Assembly: GCF_006345805.1 (NCBI RefSeq)
Contig: NC_043003.1
Coordinates: 31,682,001 to 31,746,000 of the forward strand
DNA: 64,000 nt
DNA from: Octopus sinensis
Lineage: Eukaryota
Direction of reading: 5' to 3'
Positions 52,855-64,000 of the stretch are shown in pieces. The notes under the pieces are model-generated. The model had not been told where the DNA came from. It was given only the letters and a program-made list of their open reading frames with translations, and ran no database searches. The first letter of the stretch is position 1. Every line of letters starts with the position of its first letter. Made by a program: the position numbers and the translations under genes.

Positions 52855-53742
52855 GCATGTATATATATAATATATATATATTCATATATATTCATATATA
52901 TATATATATTCATATACATTAATGCTTTCTCTGTGTGTGTATGTGTATGCGTGTTCGTTTGCTGTACCATGTCTACATATCTGTATGGGAACGCATTTAT
53001 AAACACATTTGCATCACCCTCATTTACAGAGAAATATTACAATGTATCACGATTAAAGAAGTGGTTTGCATTGTTTACTGTTTAGAAGTAGCACGGCATG
53101 ACGTTATTTATCTTGAAGATAATTACGTCTGTTTGATCTAAATTTGTAAATGTACGTTTGCTTTTAATGTACGTAGTTGCTCGATAGCGAATTTCCCAGT
53201 TTCTAAAATTTCTTTATACAAATCACACATGTTTCTTTAGCGTTTATGTTGATCGTTCGGTTTACATGAAGGTACAACTAAGCCAACAATATTTGGTTCG
53301 CCTGGAGAGAAGGAATGCTTGTATTACATTCGTTATGCACGTGAAAATTAATGTGGCACGTGCTGATATTAACGCTGCGCGCTTAAGCGAAGCAGGGTTA
53401 CTGGAGACCCTCTTCTTTGTCTGTTTATCTATTTCTGTCGTAAAATTACTGGAGAAGGCTGAATGTAGTAAAGAGACTCTCTTTATTACAAAATACAGGC
53501 CCTTTCCGAACGCGTCTACGACAAACGACCTTAGAATAACACTTCGGCCTTAGAATAACACAAATACACACGCAAATATTAAAAATAATACACTCAAGAG
53601 ATTCCCAAGAATGCATTAAAAAACAATCCCAATCACTGCTAAAATCAGTAATTTTTGCTGCCCTGGTAACTATTTATATATTTTTCCGTGTTAATTGTTA
53701 ACAAGGTAAAATACACTCATCTATTTATATATATATATATAT

Positions 53743-53808
<66 letters not shown>

Positions 53809-53914
53809 TATATATACACTTGGAAATGGATGTGAGGTGTTCGTTCATATAATAATATAAGTAAAAAAATATATATGCATATATACATACACATGTATAT
53901 ACTAACGTATAAAT

Positions 53915-53950
<36 letters not shown>

Positions 53951-54604
53951 GCATATATGCATATATATTTTATTTATATTATTATATGATTGAACGCCAT
54001 ACATCCATTTCCAAGTAAGTTTATCTTAATAATTTTGATGCAACTCTACCCTGTACTGTTTTCTCTCTCCCGCTTTCGTTTTCTCTCACTCATCATTTCT
54101 CTAATTCTTTTATTCTCCCCTTCACCGTTTTTATCTGTGTGTTTGTCTGTCTCTGTTCCTCTTCCTCCTTTACTCTCTCTCTCGTTGATCACAAGTGACC
54201 ACCGTCCATTTTTCTTTTCCTCACGTGATCATATTTATTTTCCTTCAGTCTGTGGCGCAGACTAGACGCATTCTTATCTGTATCCTCTCCTCTATCTTTT
54301 CTCATATCAAAGAATATTCCTCCAGCATTCACTACCTTACCTCGTCTGGCTTAACGGCCCTTCATTTTTGTTGTGTTTTGGTTTGTTGTATTTCTCCACT
54401 GTCTTGTTTTGTTACCAACTTTAACCCTCCAAAATCCCAATTGAAGCCTCATATTGTCGTTAGTTGCTCGAGATGTGGAGTAGATGAACAGTCGACAACT
54501 GATCAAAGGTCATTCTATATATTACTTCTCTTCTTTTCTATTTGTTTCTCTCATTTCATGTTGTTTTCGTACTTGCTGTTGTTTATGTTTTGTGACGTCA
54601 TGTA

Positions 54605-54664
<60 letters not shown>

Positions 54665-54901
54665 TGTAAGTATGTACATATATGTATATAAGCATATATA
54701 TATATATTTGAACTCAGAACGTAATGATGGACGAAATGCCGCAAAGTATTGCACACGGCATGATAATAATTCTGCCAGATCGCCGCCTTATAAATAATAG
54801 AGTGACAGAAAGTGAATCATACATACATACATGCATATATATATATATATAATATATATATATATATATACACATACATACATACATGCATGCATAAATG
54901 C

Positions 54902-54934
<33 letters not shown>

Positions 54935-55939
54935 TATATACATGTAGCGTCACTCTAGCAACATTCTAGTAGTTACAAATATACAATGACCTTTAAGCTA
55001 CTATATTATGCAACGTAGTGTATCAGCTGAACACCTTTTCGTGGGAAGAAGTGTCCCATGTCTTATCTTTAAAGAAATTCGAAACAGTTTCGGAAAATTT
55101 TCAAGAAGATACGACATTCTGGCAAAGACGAAACGTGCAATTTTACAATTTCACAAATATATATGACCAAAATCTGAAATTCTTTGCGGGTGGGAGAGGG
55201 AAAATTGACCTGAAGCCCTATACGTAAAACCATATTGTCACTAGAAGATTGACTTCAAAGAAGGCACTCGAATTCCTCGGTTCGATGTTTCTTCGGACAA
55301 TTGTTTATGCCTTCCAACCAAGATAGGAAACAACGCTTCGCTTCAGTTTTAGTTCATCAAATTTCCCCGATGCATCTTTGATCGTCCGAGCTGTCTATGC
55401 AGTTGCAAAGAAAAATCGACCTGTTATCCACTCATTCAATACATACTGTGCTAGAGAGAAGATATTCAGAACACGAAAGCAAAGCTACAATAGAAACAAC
55501 ATTCATAATGTATATTCTATGAGGCAACTATGCGTAAATTTCGCGCTTTCGTAGGATTACTATTCAAATTCTCGAAGCAGAAAATTTAATTGATAAAGTC
55601 GTCCGAGTGGTGCTAATTATTTGTCTGCGAAACGAGATTTAATGAAATATATTCTCGAAAAGATTTTAGTCATTTATTTCTCGAAGTAAATTTCCGGTCA
55701 AAAAGCTTTTGTTTGCTGCAATGAGTTCAGTCAGTATTATAAGTAAAACATTGTTATTTTATAGTAAGAAGAAAATCAATGTTTATTATGATCTTGACTG
55801 ATCATGCGATTTATGCTCGAATTAAGATTGTATTTGCTCAATGTTAATCACGCCCTCTAGTTAAAAATGAAGGACAAATTATTTCTGTAGGTGTGTTTTA
55901 TTTTAGAAGAAAAGACAACTATCCAAATAAGATATTCAA

Positions 55940-56165
55940 CTTTGAATGTTATCTGACTTGAAATTTTGCAATACTCATTTTCAGTGACACCTTCTGGAGC
56001 TCTTTGTAGGCCGTGATTTCCACAGAGCTCCCAATGGATAATTCTTACCACACTGTCATGGAAACATTAGTATTCGCATTCTGCCAATTTTTGGTATTCG
56101 CCAACGATGTACCATACCGTTTCACCCCTCTCACAGCACATTCTTCATTTGTCGCTATCGAAAGT
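55940..56165 (-). mobile_element. Short R4/Dong-clade relic (zinc-knuckle region)
   Basis: Minus frame CERGETVWYIVGEYQKLAECEY*CFHDSVVRIIHWELCG. Confidence 0.7.
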
Positions 56166-56169
56166 GTTG

Positions 56170-59064
56170 TTTATTCTGCACTTCATGTAGTGCCTTCTCC
56201 TGTTACTCAAAGAGACAATACTCTCCTTAGAAGGCGAGCTGTTCCCAAAAATGCTGTCATTTGGATCACCTCGAGAAGCACGAATATTCTTAATATGTTT
56301 TTCAAAGCCCTTGGAAATTGCTCCCAATGCTCCAGTTACCGCCGATATCACTATTACTTTCCTCGTGCACCATAACTTTCCTATCTCATCCCGCAGTCGC
56401 TGGTAATTCTCAATCCTTTGTGTTTCATTACATTTCACCCCCGAATCGCCTGATATTGCAACATCTATTATCGTTACTTCTTTTCATCTTTATGGGTAAG
56501 CACCATATCTGATCGTCTCGCCTCTATGACTTGGTCGAACTACATGTTAAAATCCCATAGTATTTTGTAATATCCGTCTCCAATAACACCCTCTGGCATG
56601 TGTTCATACTATTGTTCGGCTCTCTCGAGGTTTGCTTTAGAGCAAAACAGCCTGTGGATATCTCTGGTCATATTGTCCTGTCTTTTTTTATATTTACGTC
56701 GTGCAAACATAGAGCACTTACTGACAATATGGCTAATACTTTCTCCCTTATGAGAGTACATTCCTCATAGCGAGTCAGTGGTTTTATCAATGTGATATTT
56801 GGAGTAGCTTGTTCTGAGAGCTTGTTCTTGAGCACTGCACACTAATGCTTCAGTGGGCCCTTTTAAGTCTTCTTTCTGCTGTCATTGCAATCAATTTATA
56901 CAAATCAATCGCATCTTTATTCTTTAAGAACTGACTTTGAATTTTCTTATCCTGCCAAATTCTCTTCATCTGCTCTCACTGGTCTTTCTTAAATCGTATT
57001 GGATCTACGGCTTCGTTCACTTTTAAGTTTCCCGCATTTTCACTGTTTTAATTATTTCTTCTTCACTCCCCTTGACATACCAAGCCAGGCTATCCTCCTA
57101 TTCCTTTACCCAACCTCCACAACATACTAATCCCCGTCCTCCTCCCCTCCTCTTTACATACATTCATGACACATCAATCTTGGGGTGTATCACTTTGTTC
57201 ATTGTCATTAATTTACGTGTTCTGTCTATCTATTGTAATTCATGCTTCTTCCAAGATACTATTCCTGTCTCATAGCTCATCAAAGCAATAGCCCACATGT
57301 TAATTGCTCTAATCTTATAGCGGTCATTTAGCTTCAATTGGAGCACAAGTAGAGTTCTCTTCAAATACTCTTTCCTATTCATTTCTTTCATCTTGTGTTC
57401 ATTCATCTTATCTCTGTCAATGATACTCAGGTACGTATATCCTTCCTCCCCGACTTTTGTAAATTCACCGCTTTCCAGCTTGATCCCATAGCTTTTACTG
57501 ACTTTACCCCTTTTGAGAATGATTACACCACATTTCTCGAACGCAAATGCGATGCCAATATCTTTGCTAATCATCTGCACAGTTGCCGTCAAACCCTCAA
57601 TTTCTTTCTCAGTCTTAGCGAATAGCTTTAGGTCATTCATAAACCACAGGTTGTTTAATTCCACACTGCCTAGCATGTACACTATACGCATATTTCTTAA
57701 AACGCTCGTTAGTGGCAGTAAGCAGACAACAATTAGGAGAAGAGACACACTGTCCCCTTGAAAGATTCCTCTTTGATATTTACCTCTCCCAGCTTATCTT
57801 CCCATGATATAAGTTCAGTTCGTCACATTGTCGTTCAATTTTGTATTAACTTCAGGATATTTTGGGAGATCTTTAGCAGTTTAAGGCATTCAATAATCCA
57901 TGAGTGAGGGGCCATGTCATATGCTTTCATGTAGTCCACCCATGCTGTCAAATTTTGTGTGTCTTCTTGCAATCAGCCAGTCTTATCGATTAGTTATTGA
58001 TCCCTCGTTCCCCTGCGTCTACACCCTTTTTGTCCCAGTGGTAGTAACTCGTTCTCATCTAGGTAATTATACATGATGTCTGATATGAAACCCGTTATAA
58101 GTTTCCACATCAGTGGCAAACAAGGTATTGGTCGGAATTTTCCAACCACATTCCCTTTACTTGGGTCCTTCTGGCTTTGCCATCCAGGCTGGTGATTGGA
58201 TGTCGCTATTCAGTATTCTGTGTAGCTGTCTCGCTGTTCCCCTGTGCAGAGCTGTCAGGTTTTTAAGCAAAAAGCCCTGAATCTCATCTCGGCCAAGCGC
58301 TTTCCAGTTAGGAATTTTCCTGCAGTGATCACTAATCATACCATCGGTCAATCTCAAATCTCTTGCTGATACTTTCCCCTCCCCTCTTTGAGTGACTTTA
58401 ACCACTCTGCTTCAGTTTCGTGTTGTTTCCCCTATGACCATATGTTTGACAAGAATCTTCCAATTTCTTCAACATCGGGCACGGCTTTTTCATTTTCTTT
58501 TCCATCCAGTTCCTGATTTTGTTCGAAAAGTCTGTTTAATCTGTATTGCTCAATTCTCTGTTCATATCTCTTTAATTTATGTGCTTTATCTTTTAAGATC
58601 TGCTTTAATTCCTCAATCACAACATTTATTCCCTTTCTCTTCACCCAATTCTTCTACTCCGGCTCATCACATTTCTCTCGCTTAACTTCATTCCTCGTTT
58701 TCCGTTCCAGAATATTTATATGATTTCTGGTCTCGTTAACATACTGCGTTAATCTCCTTTCCACTATGATTCATTCAGGTTATGTTGACATTTACCTATG
58801 ACTTTCAAACTCAACTTCCGGGCTACAAAAATCGAGATAGCATTTATGAGATTGTTGGTTTCTGTGATGTTGTCAGTCCTGATATCACCAGTGATGTAAT
58901 TTCTATTCCTAACACATTCATTCAGTTTTTTCTATCCACTTTTTTAAAACACCGTATGAAACTCTGTTCACCAGAGGTCCAAATATCAATGATTTCATTG
59001 AAAATGGATAATTGTTCCTCGGCTCTCTCATGGATTTCGCGCTCAATAAACTTAGCCTCATGCC
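56170..59064 (-). mobile_element. R4/Dong-clade non-LTR retrotransposon, ~2.9 kb, degenerate
   Basis: ITETNNLINAISIFVARK, G.DEIQGF.LK, RGIFQG/DSVSLLLI, NNLWFMNDLKLFAK (MDD-like), EGYTYL, INMWA, HIVSKC and terminal FLGTARLLRRVLSL* (ending ~56203); the 5' end abuts a trinucleotide microsatellite. Confidence 0.9.
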
Positions 59065-59084
59065 ACCACCACCACAACCACCAC

Positions 59085-59123
<39 letters not shown>

Positions 59124-59150
59124 TATTATTATTATTATTATTAATTATTA

Positions 59151-59246
<96 letters not shown>

Positions 59247-59327
59247 TACTATAATTATCATTATTATTATTATTATTATTATTTTATTATTATTATTATT
59301 TTATTATTATTATTATTATTATCATCA

Positions 59328-59388
<61 letters not shown>

Positions 59389-59395
59389 CATCATT
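59065..59395. repeat. (CAC)n(CAT)n(TAT)n trinucleotide microsatellite
   Basis: Directly visible. Confidence 0.97.
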
Positions 59396-60348
59396 AATGG
59401 TAGCTGACCACAACTATTCATTTTAAACGGTTACTAGAAATGGTAGCTGTATACCTGACATAGTTGACACCGCATGAGTTTAACGAGAACGACCGACATT
59501 AACAGGTATTATTTGTTAATGACTGCTCCCAGTAAATGTTATAATTGTGATGCCGTATAATTCCGATTTCTGTTGACTAATCATCAGAAAATTTGTTTTA
59601 GAAAACAGTTATAATATCGTTTAGTATTCAAGTCTTACTCGAATATGAAAAGAAATTTCTTCAGCAGTATCGGAAAATATGTAAAGTTATGTATTAACCA
59701 TTTGGAACTTAACTCATGGCGAAGTTAGAAGTCACTGATTATTTATATTTCTACTGCACTTGAAGATCTGCCATCTACCTACCTCTATGTTTATACACAT
59801 GATTGTGTACTATAAGAACATCAATTCTAGCTGAATCGATCCATGATTTATAATATCGATACACTCTTTGGAATGTCAAAAAATGTTTTTGTATGTAACG
59901 CTATTTAAGATTTTATTTGAATTATTTTTATGCTGCTGGAAATAATAACAATGCTCCGATTCCGAAAGTAACTCATGGGATTCATAAAGCAAAGAATTAA
60001 AGCAAAACACCAGCTTATGCTGAAAAGCTGTTGATGTGTTATGCTAATAAAAATCATTGCATGTGTATTGTTCAGTGGCCATATATTTTATGCTATATCG
60101 AATATATTCAAACCATATAAAAAATATTTAGCAATACAATTCGCTTTTCATCTTAGTCATGATATTTTTTATCAGATCCCTAAGGTCTTACAGATTACAG
60201 TGTATGAGAACAATGGTAGGGCAGAATACATTTCATTATATGTGTTGGACAACGTACACGAATTAAGTAATAAAGAGTGTAATAAAACATATCCTTACAA
60301 CGCAGGGTGCCTTGTTTCATTAAAACTTTGATTCTTAGACAAATACAT

Positions 60349-60793
60349 GTTAGTTAGTTAGTTAGTTAGTTAATTTGGCTCAAAAGCAAATAGCAAGGCC
60401 ATGTAGGGGGACATGGAGTTAAGTTCAGGGTGGTGCTCATGTAAAGAGTTCAGGCCACTTGAGGTCAAGGGAGGCTTTGAACAAAGCGGTCGTCGGCATC
60501 TTCACCATCTCGTCTGGCAGCTTGTTCCACGGATCCGCAACCCGGACGGAGAAAGCTCGTCTCCTTCGATTGAGATGAAATCGTCGCAGGTAGAGCTTTT
60601 CGGAATGACCCCGCAGCCGACGCTCTGGAGCAGGAGTGAAGAACAGCTCTTTCGAGAGGTTACACTTTCCGCTTATGATGTTGTGGGCGAGAATGAGATC
60701 ACCACGGCGGCGGCGTTTTTCTAGAGAATAAAGGTCGAGCGTCCTCAGCCTTTCTTCATAGGACAAATTTTTGAGACCATGAACCGTGAACAT
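60349..60793 (-). mobile_element. CR1-type LINE 3' end with (TAAC)n tail
   Basis: LSYEERLRTLDLYSLEKRRRRGDLI...LRGHSEKL...FSVRVADPWNKLP...FKASLD; 3' UTR ends in TAAC repeats. Confidence 0.92.
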
Positions 60794-61277
60794 TGAAATA
60801 AAGAACAGATCACAAGCGAAATGGCATATTTGGCTGCATTCTTGATTTTTTTTTGTTTTTTTTGAAGACTTAAAGTTGAACACATTCTTGATTAGAGTTG
60901 AAACAGCCATTGAAGTTAGATTATTGACCGTACTAGAAGACCATAATTGACATTGAATATCCGCAGCTCACTTAATAAAGTTCACTACTTTTGCATCTCA
61001 TGATGCATCACCTCTCACACACACACACACACACACACACACTATGTTCTGGAAACCATTCAACTGATGACGTACGGAAACGCAGCCTGCTGCAGGATCA
61101 TATTTGGATATTTTATGTAATAATAACAAATTGAAAACTTAACAACTAACAGCTTTTATCAATGCACAAAATGAATTAGTAATGTAAGTAAAGCCTGTGA
61201 ATCCATCTTCATATTTTGTAAAATTTCAGATATTTTATACACACACACATACATACCTACATACATATATACATACA

Positions 61278-61384
<107 letters not shown>

Positions 61385-61610
61385 AATATTTCTATTATTA
61401 TGGTTAGATAATAAAATACAGTTTAGAGTTTAACGAATTGATGTCCTAGAAGATTCACACTTGGCCTTGTTGCCTCATTTTATTTAACTCGCTCACATAC
61501 TAACCGAATACTATTATCGAAACGGCTGTCTAACGGCGGTCCTTCCATAGCACATACATAGCCTTACCTGCATTCTGGATTGGATCTTCTGGATACCAAA
61601 ACATATCATT

Positions 61611-61644
<34 letters not shown>

Positions 61645-61654
61645 GATATGCATG

Positions 61655-61729
<75 letters not shown>

Positions 61730-62494
61730 TAATGGCTACAACATAGTATTATCCACAATCATGCGCAAATGGTCTATCCTACTGCTTTTGCTCTGAGAAG
61801 TGAATATATATTACATTCATTATTTTTTCAGTTATTACACAGAACAGTGACGTACTCTACGGAAATATCTATCCTTTATTTCATATCATCTAACTGAGAT
61901 GAATGTTCCATTTTGCTCATGTTTTTGTTTAAATCAAATTTCCATTAACATGGTGGTGAAATACTGACGCAAGAACATTCATAAAACAACGAAAATATCG
62001 CGTGCTTCTGATCTCCAATTTTCAATATTGGCGGATTTTCCAATTATGTCGATAGAATTTTTTCTATCATTATGATTATATTATATGACAGTTTAGAGTT
62101 AAACGAATTGATTTCCTGTGAAATTTATTTATAACTTCCTGCTTTACATACATGTTTGACTGAAACCCCCGTAATGTCAAACTTCTTTTATCGAACCAGT
62201 ATAGATTCCCAAATTCTATCTCTCCATCCACAGCCTAGAGGCGCATAATATTCTCCTGTTATTTCGATCTTGACTGCATAAGGACCGCATTTCATTTTTA
62301 CTGACTAGCTGATATAAAGCTCACCGAAATTTCAAAAGCATTTCTTCAACGTGGTTAGAATATTATGTCCCCAAAAAATCTCTTATTTTATAAATATATA
62401 CTATATGAATGTAAGATCCAGGTATCGTCATGCTGGAAGAAAGTAAGCTTCAAGCAATACGTAGTAAATATATAAAAAACATACAGCTTTCAGG

Positions 62495-62660
62495 ATCAAT
62501 ATTTGTTTATTGAGACGGAAGGTTGTGGATATTTTTCGTATTGAAGAACGATAAACTAATAAGAATAAGTCGTGCCGTCGGTTCATCCGGTAATTTGACG
62601 AGGAGGCTGTCCATTTCCTTCTTGAAGGCATCTACGTCAACACGATGTAGGTTTCTTTTT
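62495..62660 (-). mobile_element. Short CR1/L2-type LINE 3' remnant
   Basis: Minus frame [26 protein letters not shown]. Confidence 0.6.
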
Positions 62661-62710
<50 letters not shown>

Positions 62711-62720
62711 TATATGTATT

Positions 62721-62806
<86 letters not shown>

Positions 62807-62908
62807 TATATATATTCACACATACATATGTTTATACAAATAATGTGGATGTGTAAATTATATTTATAGTCTTCGAAGTATTTATACAGACCCATATACA
62901 TACATACA

Positions 62909-62944
<36 letters not shown>

Positions 62945-63286
62945 TTAATTTAGAGGTAGTATACCCCTACTTCTCACCAAATAAAAATAATATTTGTTTT
63001 TATTTTAAATACCTACTGTTTTATTCCTTGGCAACACGTGTTTCATGAGGTACATCCTCGGGTTCCTAAACCACTCCGTGTTTCCCTGGAACGCTTCTCA
63101 AGATGCCACCCTAATCATCAGGCCCTTATAACTTTATCAACGTTCAATACAATAAACTATATTGTAAAATTTTAAATCCCATAAATATGTTTAAATTAGG
63201 TATGTTTAGTTTCGCTGGACTCTACCGTACAAGCCATAATTCAGATAACAATTCAATTAAAGACAAAAAGTTACAGAAATAAATAA

Positions 63287-63334
<48 letters not shown>

Positions 63335-63814
63335 TATATATGAATTCATATACATATAGATACACACATGCAATTTTTTAGTAGTCAATTCGTATAACAT
63401 CTTAGAGTTTCTTCTTAAGCCTGTTTTTTTTAGCATGACTTCGTGTATGACACTTAATGCCAACTTTTGACATCATCACTAAGTCTTTCAAACCTATTTA
63501 TATTGCATCTACTTTATAGCATCCTTGCTTCTCATGTGTCTCTTGGAAACCACTAGAGTAAGACAGATTGTCCCACTTCTTTCAAAATGATGCGATTATT
63601 TGCAGCTATTGATGTTGTTGCATGTTTCCACTTACAAATTGCTCTTTTCTATGACGCATACTAACTTTCCCCTTTCAAATGAAGCTATACCAACAGCGAT
63701 TGTATTTCACCAGTAAGCTTTATCACTCTTTATGCTAATCTATAGAAATAGTACATTTCTTCAGGTCCATTAAGAGGGATTTTGTGAAGATGTTTCTCTG
63801 TTTCAATTTCGCAG

Positions 63815-63942
63815 AAAACAGTTGCTTTGAAATCCTACTAATAGTTGTTCAAACAAGACCTCCACTCTACCTTAAAGCATTCCGAACGACGATGAAGTCT
63901 TCAATCCTAGTCATTTGGATTTTTGTAGAACTTCATTATCAG
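63815..63942 (+). CDS. Candidate first coding exon with signal-peptide-like start (ATG 63892)
   Basis: Acceptor TTTCTCTGTTTCAATTTCGCAG, donor CAG|GTGCGT; encodes MKSSILVIWIFVELHYQ. Confidence 0.35.
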
Positions 63943-64000
63943 GTGCGTGTGTATGTGTATGTGTGTGTGTGTGCGTGTGTGTATGTGTGTGTCAGAGAGA

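Noticed and set aside
53266-53553. 95-aa ORF in a CpG/E-box-containing patch
   Set aside because: No domain recognised; length is within chance expectation for locally higher GC.
61064-61090. Hammerhead ribozyme (CUGAUGA-CGUACG-GAAA)
   Set aside because: Core words are present, but I could not build a stem III with an NUH triplet followed by a stem I partner.

Overview
AT-rich, microsatellite-dense animal genomic DNA; the SINE families, (TA)n/(ATCT)n/(AAT)n density and retroelement repertoire point to an octopus genome (inference, not proven). No host gene can be confidently identified, only weak candidate exons. The window is dominated by transposable elements. (1) A full-length ~5.3 kb Neptune-type Penelope-like element (PLE, 26799-32117) with near-identical direct pseudo-LTRs, an intact 542-codon upstream ORF and an RT/GIY-YIG ORF that overlaps it in the -1 frame at an HIV-type U_UUU_UUA slippery heptamer, plus a TATA/ATG/candidate-intron arrangement in the pLTR. 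(2) A 5'-truncated PLE of a different clade (16263-20842) bounded by ~750-bp inverted repeats, carrying a canonical minimal hammerhead ribozyme and an in-frame poly-Asn tract. (3) Several non-coding, inverted-repeat PLE relics with intact or decayed hammerhead motifs. (4) R4/Dong, RTE (with C2H2 fingers) and CR1 LINE fragments, a Helitron helicase fragment, Tc1/mariner/pogo remnants and MITEs, tRNA-derived SINEs, and an unclassified foldback-like element built of ~34-bp tandem units. Most entries in the supplied ORF track are microsatellite translation artefacts. All alignments and folds were done by eye; no searches were run.
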